From the NCBI GenBank assembly GCA_963556065.3, contig CAUVYH020000004.1, positions 36,928-100,927 of the forward strand: a stretch of 64,000 nucleotides of DNA, given 5' to 3'. The stretch is from Bacteroidales bacterium. GTDB lineage: Bacteria > Bacteroidota > Bacteroidia > Bacteroidales > WCHB1-69. This document shows, one piece after another, positions 9,834-20,393 of the stretch. Both the position numbers and the translations under genes were made by a program. The notes below the pieces were generated by a model, which was given only the letters and a program-made list of their open reading frames with translations, had not been told where the DNA came from and did not search any database. How positions within the stretch are numbered: position 1 is the first letter of the stretch; each line of letters opens with the position of its first letter.

Positions 9834-10346
9834 ATGAAGTCGATTATATCAACAATATTTTTTATAATAGCGACAAATATCGCTTTTGCACAAACTAAAA
9901 TTGTGACTCACGACAGTCTGTCGATAGAGAATAAGATCTATTACCTTAAAAGCAACCATACCCTCTTCACAGGCACTGCCATAAGTTACAACAACGGCGT
10001 TAAAGTCATTGAAACCCAATATGTCAATGGAAAAGTAGATGGCGTAGAAATTCTTTATTTTGCAAATGGAAAAATTGAAACCGAGAGTCAATACAAAGAC
10101 GGAAAATTCAACGGAGTAATGAAAAATTACTACTCCGACGGAAGCCTTAAAAGTGAAGAGTTGTACGTAAACGACTACAAAAATGGCAAATCAACATATT
10201 ATTTTCCTTTTGAACGGAAAGAAAAAGAGGGATATTATGAAAATTGCATGGAAATAGGCACTTGGACTTTTTGGGATGAAAACGGAAAAAAGATTGCCGA
10301 AAAAGAGTATAAAAACGGGGAAATTGTCAACGAAAAAAAATTCTGA
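9834..10346 (+). CDS. MORN-variant repeat protein (YwqK-antitoxin-like family), secreted
   Basis: Signal peptide and repeated YxNGK..G....Y..nG units. Confidence 0.65.
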   Translation: MKSIISTIFFIIATNIAFAQTKIVTHDSLSIENKIYYLKSNHTLFTGTAISYNNGVKVIETQYVNGKVDGVEILYFANGKIETESQYKDGKFNGVMKNYYSDGSLKSEELYVNDYKNGKSTYYFPFERKEKEGYYENCMEIGTWTFWDENGKKIAEKEYKNGEIVNEKKF

Positions 10347-10400
10347 AACAAATCAGTAAAAACACAATAAATTTGATATTAATTTAAATACCAATTAGTT

Positions 10401-11147
10401 ATGTCAGGTCACAATAAATGGTCAACCATTAAAAGAAAAAAAGGAGCTCTTGATTCCAAACGATCAAAGATTTTCTCAAGAATAATTAAAGAAATTGCAG
10501 TAGCTGTAAAGGAAAGCGGACCCGATCCGGATAACAACCCCAAATTACGGTTATGCATTCAGAATGCCAAAGGGGCAAATATGCCTAAAGACAATATCCA
10601 GCGAGCCATCAGCAAAGCAGGAGATAAAGATGCCGCCACCTTTCAGGAAGTTACTTACGAAGGCTACGCCCAAGGAGGCACCGCAATTTTTGTGGAATGC
10701 CTAACCGATAACCTGCAACGTACAATTTCCAATGTACGAATGATTTTCAACAAACTAGGTGGCACCCTAGGAACAAACGGTTCGTTAAGCTTTATTTTTA
10801 CCCGAAAAGGAGTTTTCACTTTTCCTTCTGCCGGTATTAATATGGATGATATCGAAATGGAATTAATCGATGGCGGTGCCGAAGATATTGAAGTCGGTGA
10901 AGATACGATCACCGTATATACAGCAATGGAAGATTTCGGAGCCATGCAGAAAAAAATGGAACAACTCAATATCGAATGTGAATCTGCAGAGCTTCAACGA
11001 ATTCCTAATGAAACCAAAAAGTTGGAAATCGATGTTGTGAGAAAAGTGATGAAACTGATCGATATGCTGGAAGAAAATGATGATGTTCAAACGGTATTCC
11101 ACAATATCGAACTCACGGATGAGATTATGGAAGAATTGGAGAAATAA
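10401..11147 (+). CDS. YebC/PmpR family DNA-binding regulator
   Basis: MSGHNKWSTIKRKKGALDSKRSKIFSRIIKEI is the canonical N-terminus. 248 aa. Confidence 0.9.
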   Translation: MSGHNKWSTIKRKKGALDSKRSKIFSRIIKEIAVAVKESGPDPDNNPKLRLCIQNAKGANMPKDNIQRAISKAGDKDAATFQEVTYEGYAQGGTAIFVECLTDNLQRTISNVRMIFNKLGGTLGTNGSLSFIFTRKGVFTFPSAGINMDDIEMELIDGGAEDIEVGEDTITVYTAMEDFGAMQKKMEQLNIECESAELQRIPNETKKLEIDVVRKVMKLIDMLEENDDVQTVFHNIELTDEIMEELEK

Positions 11148-11170
11148 AGAGTTCCATTTTATTCTAAAAA

Positions 11171-11197
11171 AGGAGCCGAAATCGACTCCTTTTTTTC
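11171..11197. terminator. bidirectional hairpin terminator between the convergent yebC-like gene and cydB
   Basis: aaaaaaggagccgaaatcgactccttttttt: stem flanked by an A-run and a T-run. Confidence 0.55.
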
Positions 11198-11345
11198 TTT
11201 ATTTTTATTCAGATTCACTGTACGACGATTTTTCAAACCGTTTAAGCATTAGCTTTATCCCTTGGTAACTCACAATAATAAGCGCAGGCCAAGCCAACAG
11301 CCATAATATTTGCACTAAATATTCATTCATATAAACTCCTTTCAA

Positions 11346-12503
11346 TTAATAAAGATGAGATTCCTGACTGATTTCGTCGTTGTCTATTTTTTTACTACTG
11401 ATTGATTTCCATGCATACCAGATGTAAGCCAAAACAAACGGCACAAGTAACGACACGTAACTCATTACCGTTAACGTATATTGGCTCGAAGAACTGTTGG
11501 TAATCGTTAGCGAGCTTTGCAAATCGTAAGTAGAAGGATAATAAGATGTGTTGTTAAAACCAACGCTTATTAACAGCGACCAAACGGTAAACACAGTTCC
11601 TATTCCGGCAAACCAAATTCCTCTGGATGTGGTTTTGAAAACTGAAATTCCAATTCCCCAAAGTACCCCGACGACACCTAATAAAAACATAACCAACAAG
11701 ACGGGCATCGCTAAAAAGTTATTGAAGTACTTAAATGGTTCTAAAAACACCTCTTTCGTTACCGGATTTACAGCAAAACCATCGCTTAGCAAAGTCCAGC
11801 CTAAAAATGTCAGGAAAAACACTAAAAATGGAATCGCATTCAAAACAAGTTGTTTTTTTGCTCTCTTGAGCAAATCAATACTATCGATGGAATTCATCAT
11901 ATAAAGTAATCCCAATACACGGGCAAGAAACATAATTGCTAGTCCGAGAAGTACATTTTGAAAATTTAACACCGCTTCCAAGCCATGAGCCGGATGTTGC
12001 CATGAAGAGATGGTTAAATTTCCGGATATCTGAGCAATGTTGGCCTTGTCAACGGAAAAAGCCGATCCTGTAAAAAATGTTCCTACGGCAGTTCCAAGCA
12101 AAAGGGGACCCAACAAACCATTGATTAAAAGAAAGGTATCGAAAGTTTTCTTTCCCAAAAAATTATTCGGTTTTGATCGAAATTCGTAGGACACTGCCTG
12201 TATAACGAAACTGAAAAGTATAGCAATCCAAACCCAGTATGCACCACCGAAACTAGTGGAATAAAACAATGGAAACGAAGCAAAGAATGCCCCGCCAAAC
12301 GTTACCAAAGTAGTAAAAGTAAATTCCCATTTACGTCCCATGGAGTTTACAATCATGGACTTTTCCGTTTCGTTTTTTCCAAGAATAGCAATAAAAGTTT
12401 GTCCTCCCTGAACGAAGAAGAGGAAAACCATCAACGCACCCAATAAAGTTACAATTATCCACCAATATTGTTGCAAGGTGAAATATGAAAAAGTTTCAAA
12501 CAT
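11346..12503 (-). CDS. cydB: cytochrome bd ubiquinol oxidase subunit II
   Basis: 385-aa polytopic protein directly downstream of cydA, overlapping it by 1 nt. Confidence 0.9.
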   Translation of the reverse strand: MFETFSYFTLQQYWWIIVTLLGALMVFLFFVQGGQTFIAILGKNETEKSMIVNSMGRKWEFTFTTLVTFGGAFFASFPLFYSTSFGGAYWVWIAILFSFVIQAVSYEFRSKPNNFLGKKTFDTFLLINGLLGPLLLGTAVGTFFTGSAFSVDKANIAQISGNLTISSWQHPAHGLEAVLNFQNVLLGLAIMFLARVLGLLYMMNSIDSIDLLKRAKKQLVLNAIPFLVFFLTFLGWTLLSDGFAVNPVTKEVFLEPFKYFNNFLAMPVLLVMFLLGVVGVLWGIGISVFKTTSRGIWFAGIGTVFTVWSLLISVGFNNTSYYPSTYDLQSSLTITNSSSSQYTLTVMSYVSLLVPFVLAYIWYAWKSISSKKIDNDEISQESHLY

Positions 12504-14053
12504 TAGTTGTTTCCTCCATCATTAGTTTTCGGACCAATTTTAATTTGTTTAAGCATGATTTTCAGCTCGGCAATCAACAAAGTCGTAAATATAACAGCAA
12601 ACAGCACAAATGTTGTTTGTACAGCCCCTACCTCTATGCGTGATACAGCAGCAGTTACAGGTAATAAGTCCTGAACGACCCATGGTTGACGCCCCATTTC
12701 GGCAACAATCCAACCGGCCTGCCCGGCCAAATACGTTAACGGAATTGCCAACACCGACAATCTCAAGAACCATTTATACTTTTCGATTGGTTTTCTTAGT
12801 ACTAACCACAATGAAACCACAAAAATAAAAAGAAATAACAGTCCCAATCCAACCATAATTCTAAAGCTATAAAAAGTCATAGGGACATTAGGAATCGTTT
12901 GCTCGGGTGAAGCAAAATAACCGTAACCAAAGTACTTCCAATTTGCTTGAAGCGTATCTAATGCACCTTTAGCAGTAAGAGAATCACCTGTTTTTTTTGC
13001 ATTTTTGTATCTACCCAATGCATTGATCGCTATTTTTCCCTTGTCGATTTTTTCCTGCATTGGAATAATTCCATACTTTTGATTTCCGTTGATTAAATCA
13101 TCTATTCCGGGAACGAATGATTTAAAATCGCGGAAACTCAGATATGACAAAGCATATGGAATTTCATGCTTAAAGACGAAAGCCTCTTTTCCATCATTAA
13201 CTTTTTTACCGGGAGTTGTTATCCCGATGGTAGTCAATCCTGCATTTTCAGTACCTTTGTATAGGCTCTCCATGGCCGCTAACTTCATGGGCTGTTTCTG
13301 GGCCACTTGATTTCCTGAGCCGTCTCCTGTAAATATGGTGAACAGGGTTGCTATAATTCCAAACACGGAGCCCAAAACGATACTGCGCTTGGCAAAAACC
13401 ACATGTCTGTTTTTCAGCAGGAACCACGCGCTAATACCGACCACAAACATGGCCCCGGTGATAAATCCGGAAGAGATGGTATGTAAGAACTTTTGAACAG
13501 AATAGGGATTTAAAAAGACATCCCAAAAATTAAGCATCTCATTACGAGCTGTGTCCGGATTAAAAACCGTTCCCGTAGGTGAACTCATCCAGCCATTAGC
13601 AACTAAAATCCATAAAGCCGACAAGTTGGCTCCAAAAGCCACCATCCACGTGGAAATCAAATGAAACCGTTTGCTTACTTTATTCCAGCCAAAAAACATG
13701 ACTGCAATAAAAGTAGATTCGATAAAAAAGGCCATAATTCCCTCAATAGCAAGAGGTGCCCCAAAAATATCGCCGACAAACCATGAGTAATTGGACCAGT
13801 TGGTGCCAAACTCAAATTCAAGAATAATTCCTGTAGCTACGCCAATGGCAAAATTGATTCCGAAAAGAGTCATCCAGAATTTCGTAATACGCTTCCATTC
13901 CGGATCTCCCGTTTTAACGTAGATCGTTTCGGCAAAAGCAATAATAAAAGAAAGTCCAAGAGTAAGCGGCACAAACAGCCAATGGTACATAGCCGTAAGT
14001 GCAAATTGACCTCTTGACCAATCCACTAAGCTAGGGTCGATGTTTAACAGCAT
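12503..14053 (-). CDS. cydA: cytochrome bd ubiquinol oxidase subunit I
   Basis: ALTAMYHWLFVPLTLG N-terminus, Q-loop, EMGRQPWVV motif. 516 aa. Confidence 0.95.
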   Translation of the reverse strand: MLLNIDPSLVDWSRGQFALTAMYHWLFVPLTLGLSFIIAFAETIYVKTGDPEWKRITKFWMTLFGINFAIGVATGIILEFEFGTNWSNYSWFVGDIFGAPLAIEGIMAFFIESTFIAVMFFGWNKVSKRFHLISTWMVAFGANLSALWILVANGWMSSPTGTVFNPDTARNEMLNFWDVFLNPYSVQKFLHTISSGFITGAMFVVGISAWFLLKNRHVVFAKRSIVLGSVFGIIATLFTIFTGDGSGNQVAQKQPMKLAAMESLYKGTENAGLTTIGITTPGKKVNDGKEAFVFKHEIPYALSYLSFRDFKSFVPGIDDLINGNQKYGIIPMQEKIDKGKIAINALGRYKNAKKTGDSLTAKGALDTLQANWKYFGYGYFASPEQTIPNVPMTFYSFRIMVGLGLLFLFIFVVSLWLVLRKPIEKYKWFLRLSVLAIPLTYLAGQAGWIVAEMGRQPWVVQDLLPVTAAVSRIEVGAVQTTFVLFAVIFTTLLIAELKIMLKQIKIGPKTNDGGNN

Positions 14054-14090
14054 AAGTTTTCAATATTAGTGATACATTAATTTAATTATT

Positions 14091-14316
14091 CTAACGACTA
14101 CTTGTCAATTCTTCTAAAACATGATCTCCTTTATCTTTATCGTTACTGTAGCGCTCATTTAAAAAGTTAGGAAAAAACAACAATTTCAAGATTATAAACA
14201 TTACAAAAAGTTTAATCAGGATAATTGCCCACAACGTTTTTCCAAGCTTCATATTTTTGAAACCCTCCCAAATAAAAATTTAATACAGAAACCATAGGTT
14301 TAAAAAATCCACCCAT
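14091..14316 (-). pseudogene. DUF4492-like small membrane protein upstream of cydA, one frameshift
   Basis: Below the ORF-track cutoff. ATG 14252..stop 14091 gives MKLGKTLWAIILIKLFVMFIILKLLFFPNFLNERYSNDKDKGDHVLEELTSSR. An upstream ATG at 14316 gives MGGFFKPMVSVLNFY in another frame. Removing one T near 14270 joins them as ...LNFYWEGFKNMKLGKTLW. Confidence 0.55.
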
Positions 14317-14375
14317 TATATTCAAGTTTAAATTCATCCTCTTTTTTCTCTGCCAATCAATATACAATAAAAAAA

Positions 14376-14405
14376 GGCACTTTGTTTAATCCAAAGCACC
14401 TTTTT
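14376..14405 (-). terminator. hairpin terminator downstream of the TPM gene
   Basis: aaaaaaaGGCACTTTGtttaatcCAAAGCACCttttt, with G-U pairs on the minus strand. Confidence 0.5.
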
Positions 14406-14431
14406 ACAATATTTTTAAAGAAAATTTGAAA

Positions 14432-15238
14432 TCACCAGCTTCCACTGGCTCCACCTCCGCCAAAGTCGCCTCCGCCAAAGCCGCCAAAACCGCCGTCGGA
14501 TGAACCGCCTCCGCCAAAGCCGCCTCCGCCACCTCGTCCGCCGCCCATCATGAGCATGGTGAGAATCCAAAACAATCCATTATCCGATCCTCTGCTACTA
14601 ATACTTGAACCTTTTTTTCTGGAAGAAATTCTCATCAAAAAATAGATAAAAAATATCGCTAAAACAGGAAACAAAATTAATCCAAACCCGAAAGATTTTT
14701 CATGGTGCATTTTCTTATATGAAGCCTCGGTGTATTCGCCGGATGCAAATTTTGTTATCGTGTTTACAGCACTATCTATACCGGCATAATAATTTTCATT
14801 TTTAAACTGGGGGATCATATCATAATCCACTATTTGACCGGCTGTAGCATCGGGAATTACGCCTTCGAGTCCATAACCGACAGAAATTCGGGCTTCTCCA
14901 TGAGTATCTATGGTTTTTGGTTTTACAACGATGACTACTCCATTATCCTTTCCTTTGCTCCCCACTCCCCATTTTGCACCCAATTCATCAGCAAACTGGT
15001 CAATGCCATATTCGCCAAATGAATTTGTAATAACCACACATATCTGATTTGAAGTTTTATTATCAATTTCCACCAGTCTTTGCTCAAGCAAATCACGCTG
15101 TGTTTGAGATAATTTATTCGCATAATCGTTTACCAATCTGGGTGGAGAAGGGCGAACCGGTATTTGTGAAAAGCCCCAAACAGATACGAATATGAACAAA
15201 AGGAGTATCGCTGTTTTATTAATCTTTAATTTCATCAA
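14432..15238 (-). CDS. TPM-domain protein (YgcG-like) with TM segment and Gly-rich tail
   Basis: Signal peptide, TPM fold motifs (QICVVITNS, ARISVGYGLEG), C-terminal GGGRGGGGGFGGGGSSDGGFGGFGGGDFGGGGASGSW. Confidence 0.8.
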   Translation of the reverse strand: MMKLKINKTAILLLFIFVSVWGFSQIPVRPSPPRLVNDYANKLSQTQRDLLEQRLVEIDNKTSNQICVVITNSFGEYGIDQFADELGAKWGVGSKGKDNGVVIVVKPKTIDTHGEARISVGYGLEGVIPDATAGQIVDYDMIPQFKNENYYAGIDSAVNTITKFASGEYTEASYKKMHHEKSFGFGLILFPVLAIFFIYFLMRISSRKKGSSISSRGSDNGLFWILTMLMMGGGRGGGGGFGGGGSSDGGFGGFGGGDFGGGGASGSW

Positions 15239-15246
15239 CTGTATAT

Positions 15247-15744
15247 TTATTGTTCAACCGTCTCATTTTCAGGATTCGTTGTTACCGATTGTGCAAGTTC
15301 GGCTTCGTCGAAAGAGATATCATCATTCAACTCGTTGGCATCATTGCGTTGGTGAGGAAAGTGTGTTTTTAATTTTTTACCCACCATTTTCACAGAAGTA
15401 ATAATTCCTTTTGAAAACTCTTCCTTTCTGAAATTAATAAGCATATTCGTTTTAACTTCTTCCCAGAAATCATCGGGAACAATGCTGTTTATCCCCTCGT
15501 CACCAATTATGGCAAACTTACGAGAACTTACCGCTAAGTAAATAAGCACCCCGTTGTGATACTCCGTTTGGTTCATTTTGAGGCGCTTGAAAACATATAA
15601 AGCCCGTTCAATAGGATCGCCCTCGCAATTAAGTTCTATATGTACCCTGATTTCGCCGGAAGTATCAAGCTCTGCGTCCTTAATAGCAAATTTGATATCT
15701 TCTTTTTGTTCCTTAGTAAAGAAATTTGAAGCATTCATTGTCAT
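15247..15744 (-). CDS. TPM-domain protein (TLP18.3/Psb32-like phosphatase fold)
   Basis: GEIRVHIEL, NGVLIYLAVSSRKFAIIGDEGI. Confidence 0.8.
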   Translation of the reverse strand: MTMNASNFFTKEQKEDIKFAIKDAELDTSGEIRVHIELNCEGDPIERALYVFKRLKMNQTEYHNGVLIYLAVSSRKFAIIGDEGINSIVPDDFWEEVKTNMLINFRKEEFSKGIITSVKMVGKKLKTHFPHQRNDANELNDDISFDEAELAQSVTTNPENETVEQ

Positions 15745-15747
15745 TTC

Positions 15748-16334
15748 TTAAAATTTCACCTCGGGAGCATTTTCCGTTCCCGGTTTTGATTCAAAGTAAG
15801 GCCTCTGATCAAATCCGAACATGGATGCTAAAATATTACGTGGAAATCTCCGAACATTAACATTGTAGGTTTTCACTGCATCATTATATTTTCTGCGCTC
15901 TACATTTATTCTATTTTCGGTACCGGCCAATTCGCGCTGTAAGTCTATAAAACTCTGGTTTGCTTTTTAAATCAGGGTACTTTTCTACCACAACCAAAAG
16001 TTTACTTAAGGAACTGCTAACCTGATTTTGGGCGGCTTCAAATTTTTTGAAAGATGTCGGATCCGAAGGATCAACTTTTACCTGGGTTGCTGATGCTCTT
16101 GCATTAGTTACCTCAACTAAAGTCGATTTTTCAAAATCCGCATACCCTTTTAACCGTGCTTACCAAATTGGGAATTAAATCTGCCCTCCGCTGATAAGAA
16201 CTTTCAACATTCCCCCAACTTTTGTTCAGGTCTTCATCCGATTTAACCAAGCCATTGTATCCGCCAACAGCCCACATTATAATTATTAATACTACAGCGC
16301 CGATTACGCCAAGAACAATCCATTTATTATTCAT
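15748..16334 (-). pseudogene. LemA family protein, two homopolymer frameshifts
   Basis: N-terminal ORF 16131..16334 and C-terminal ORF 15748..15930. The middle frame reads GYADFEKSTLVEVTNARASATQVKVDPSD...VVEKYPDLK. The breaks are at plus-strand T4 16148-16151 and T5 15965-15969. The 587-nt span minus 2 nt gives 195 codons. Confidence 0.8.
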
Positions 16335-16470
16335 GTTTCTTATTTTTTAAATTAATACTTTACAAAGATATATCTGAACTCATTATCCAATTATTATTTT
16401 CGGCAAATGATGATAAAAATTCGGCAAAAAGCACCTTTAGACCGTACTTTTTGCCGAAACAAAACAATGA

Positions 16471-18384
16471 TCACTTTCCTATCAACGAAACACTACGTTT
16501 GATAAAATTATCCAAAGCTTCGCCTTCAAGAATATTCTGAGATAGCAATGCCAAATCGAGCAACTGCTTTACAATTACTATTTTTTGTTCCTCTTCTGCT
16601 TCATGAATAACTTTATCCATAATCGGATGATTTGAATTCAGTACAATATTATACGAATCTAAACCAGGCATAAAACTTTTAGAGTTTCCACCATTAAGCG
16701 CCTGCATATCGCTCCAACGACGCATAAACTCAGAGCGGGTAATCATTACCGGTAAATCCGTTTCGCTCAAGCTTTCAGTAATAACCGAAAATTTTTCTTT
16801 TTGAACTTGACTTTCAAAGAGTTCCTTCAACCCTTTTTGCTCTTCGTCAGTTAACTTTGAAGGCATCAGTTCCTCTTTTTCAATCAGTTTATCAATAACA
16901 TCAGCATCTACACGGTTAAAGCGACTCTTTTCAAATTTAGATTCAATGGTATTGATAAAATGTGCATCCAACATTCCATCCATAATCAACACATCGTACC
17001 CTTTGTCTTTTGCCGACTGAATATATGTAAACTGTGCTTTTTCATTTGTGCTGTACAGATAGATTAACGATTCATGCTTATCTTTCTGTAATGTTTCTAT
17101 ATGATTTTTGTATTCTTCAAAAGTAAAATATTTTCCTTCAATATTTTTAAATAAGAAAAACTTGGAAGCTCTTTCATAGAATTTTTCATCGGTAATCATA
17201 CCGTATTGGATAAATATCTTGATATCGTCCCATTTCTTTTCAAAATCTTCACGATTCTGTTTAAACATCTCTTCTAATTTATCTGCCACCTTTTTGGATA
17301 TGTGCGTAGATATTTTTTTTACACTGGCATCGCTTTGCAAATAACTACGCGATACGTTTAACGGGATATCGGGAGAGTCTATAACCCCGTGCAATAACAT
17401 CAGGAAATCGGGAACAATACCTTCTAACTGATCGGTAATAAACACCTGATTGCAATAGAGATGTATCTTTTCCTTTTGTACTTCCATCGTAGTACGAGCC
17501 TTAGGGAAATAGAGGATGCCTGTTAAATTAAAAGGATAATCCACATTTAGATGAATACTGAACAACGGCTCTTCAAACGTATGAGGATAAAGCTCGTGAT
17601 AGAACGATTTGTATTCCTCCTCGGTAATATCCGAAGGTGATTTTTTCCACAAAGGGTTCGTGTTGTTGATAATCCGAGGATATTCAACTTCAATACGTTT
17701 AGGTTCCTTCTTTTCTTCGCCTTCTGCAACTTCTACATTCCCTTCTTCTTCTGTTTCCCAGCGTTTTTCGTTTCCAAAACGAATGGGAACAGGCAAAAAT
17801 TTACAATACTTATTCAGCAATTCCAATATTTTATTTTCTTCTAAAAAGTCGAGCGCATCGTCTGCAATATGAAGAATGATATCCGTACCGCGGGTGGTCT
17901 TGTCAATTTCGTTGATGGTGTATTCGGTGCTGCCATCACACTCCCATATTACCGCAGGCACATCCGGTTTATACGACTTCGTAATAATCTGAACCTTACT
18001 GGCAACCATAAACGAGGAATAAAATCCCAATCCGAAGTGGCCGATAATCGACGCAGAATCCACTCCTTTAAACTTTTCCAAAAATTCTTCTGCGCTCGAA
18101 AATGCAATCTGATTAATATATTTATCAACCTCTTCGGCTGACATGCCAATACCCTTATCTCGAATAGTAAGTGTTCTGTTCTCTTTATCCGCTTCTATTT
18201 CGATCGTAATGTCTCCCATTTCCCCTTCAGCCTGTCCGATAGAGGAAAGCGCTTTCAGCTTTTGAGTTGCGTCCACAGCATTCGATACCAGCTCCCGTAA
18301 AAAGATGTCATGGTCGGAGTATAAAAATTTCTTGATAATTGGAAAAATGTTCTCAGTTTGTACGTTTATTGTTCCTTTTTGCAT
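16471..18384 (-). CDS. htpG: molecular chaperone HtpG (Hsp90)
   Basis: FLRELVSNAVDA, GHFGLGFYSSFMV. 637 aa. Confidence 0.95.
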   Translation of the reverse strand: MQKGTINVQTENIFPIIKKFLYSDHDIFLRELVSNAVDATQKLKALSSIGQAEGEMGDITIEIEADKENRTLTIRDKGIGMSAEEVDKYINQIAFSSAEEFLEKFKGVDSASIIGHFGLGFYSSFMVASKVQIITKSYKPDVPAVIWECDGSTEYTINEIDKTTRGTDIILHIADDALDFLEENKILELLNKYCKFLPVPIRFGNEKRWETEEEGNVEVAEGEEKKEPKRIEVEYPRIINNTNPLWKKSPSDITEEEYKSFYHELYPHTFEEPLFSIHLNVDYPFNLTGILYFPKARTTMEVQKEKIHLYCNQVFITDQLEGIVPDFLMLLHGVIDSPDIPLNVSRSYLQSDASVKKISTHISKKVADKLEEMFKQNREDFEKKWDDIKIFIQYGMITDEKFYERASKFFLFKNIEGKYFTFEEYKNHIETLQKDKHESLIYLYSTNEKAQFTYIQSAKDKGYDVLIMDGMLDAHFINTIESKFEKSRFNRVDADVIDKLIEKEELMPSKLTDEEQKGLKELFESQVQKEKFSVITESLSETDLPVMITRSEFMRRWSDMQALNGGNSKSFMPGLDSYNIVLNSNHPIMDKVIHEAEEEQKIVIVKQLLDLALLSQNILEGEALDNFIKRSVSLIGK

Positions 18385-18535
18385 AGTTATAATAATTTTA
18401 GAGTTTTTAATTTTTTGAAACTCAATCGGTCAAAACATATACCAATCCTAATGTTCTGTCATATTGACATGAAAAGATGACAAAAAAGGGAATCCCCAAA
18501 ACGGCATTCCCTAATATTTTATAATTTGCATTCTG

Positions 18536-20381
18536 TTATTCAACAGTCACAGACTTAGCCAAGTTTCTGGGCATGTCCACATTACAACCTCTAAGCACAG
18601 CAATATGGTAGGCCAACAATTGCAAAGGAATCGTAGCCAAAAGCGGGACTAAAAGTTCATCCGTTTCGGGAATTTCGATAAAATAGTCCGCGAGATGTTT
18701 TACGCTGGTATCTCCTTTGGTAACTATGGCTATAATCTTTCCTTTTCGGGCTTTTACTTCTTGAATATTGCTGATTACTTTATCATAAGTACCTTTATTC
18801 GTGGCAATAACAACCACCGGCATTTCATTGTCAATTAATGCAATAGGGCCATGTTTCATCTCAGCAGCAGCATATCCTTCCGCATGGATATATGAAATTT
18901 CTTTAAGTTTAAGTGCACCTTCAAGAGCAACCGGAAAATTAACGCCACGCCCCAAATAGAGAAAATTGGAAACATGCTGGAATATTTTAGCAATATCTAA
19001 CGTTAATGGGTCCGATTTAAGCGTTTCTTCTACTTTCACAGGAATCGCTTCCAAATCAGTTATAATTTGCTGATAACGGGACTTGGAAAGTGTGCCTTTT
19101 TTGCGTGCAAGAGACAATGCCATTAATGTAAGAACTGCAACCTGAGCTGTAAATGCCTTGGTTGAAGCAACTCCAATTTCAGGGCCGGCATGTGTATATG
19201 ATCCTGCATGCGTAGCACGAAGCAATTGATGAACCGACCACGTTACAAATACCAATTACAGTAGCACCTTTCGATTTTGCAAGCTCAATAGCGGCAAGCG
19301 TGTCTGCTGTTTCTCCCGATTGTGAAATAGCAATAACCACATCATCCTCGTTAATAATCGGGTTTCGATATCTAAACTCGGAAGCATATTCCACCTCTAC
19401 AGGAATCCTAACTAGTTCTTCAAAAATATACTCAGCCACCAAACCGGCATGCCACGAAGTACCGCATGCAACAATAATAAAGCGGCGAGCATGTAGCATT
19501 TTATCTTCGTATTCGATAATTCCACCAAGACTCACCACCTCTTTTTCGATATTCAAACGACCTCTCATGCTGTCGCCAATAGAGCGCGATTGTTCATATA
19601 TTTCTTTCAACATAAAATGCTCGAATCCACCTTTTTCAAGTTGATTTAAACTCATCTCAAGTTGCTGAATATATGGCGTTGAAGTTATGTTATGGGTGGT
19701 AAAAATGTCTAATTTTTTAGACGGTTCAATAACTGCTATTTCTTCATCGTTAAGATAAACTACATCTCTGGTATATTCCACCAATGGTGCCCCATCAGAT
19801 GCAATAAAATATTCATCTTTTCCAATGCCGATAACAAGAGGGCTTCCTTTACGAGCACAGATAAGAGTGTTGGGATTAGTTTTGGAAACTACCACAATTG
19901 CATAGGTTCCCACCACTTGATTGAGTGCAATTCTAATGGCCTCAGGTAGAGAAACAGTCTCATTTATATTAATCTCCTCAATAAGATGCACCAAAACTTC
20001 AGTATCGGTATTGCTTTGAAAAACGTATCCACGATTAATCAGCTCCTTTTTTAAAATAATATAGTTTTCGATGATTCCATTATGAATAAGCGCAAAATCT
20101 TTATTTTGAGAATAATGAGGATGTGCATTTTCATCATTGGGCTCTCCATGTGTCGCCCAACGTGTATGACCGATCCCCGTGTTTCCCGAAACATCTTTCC
20201 CGACAACATGCTTTTCCAAATCACTTACTTTTCCATGGCACTTATATAATGCAATATCATTTTCACTGTTTAACAGAGCAATTCCTGCACTATCGTATCC
20301 ACGATACTCTAAACGGTGTAATCCTTTTATTAAAATAGGGTAAGCTTCACGATAGCCTGTATAAGCAACAATTCCACACAT
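18536..20381 (-). pseudogene. glmS: glutamine--fructose-6-phosphate aminotransferase, one frameshift near 19220
   Basis: N-terminus MCGIVAY (Ntn Cys), C-terminus NLAKSVTVE. ORFs 19179..20381 and 18536..19255 overlap. Deleting one T in gcttcg restores ...[27 protein letters not shown]. The span is 1846 nt. Confidence 0.9.
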
Positions 20382-20393
20382 AGTTATTGTATT

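Noticed and set aside
9834-10346. YwqK-like MORN protein as part of a toxin-antitoxin pair.
   Set aside because: It has a signal peptide and no adjacent toxin gene; its neighbours are an S46 peptidase and a YebC-like regulator. It is most likely a stand-alone periplasmic repeat protein.
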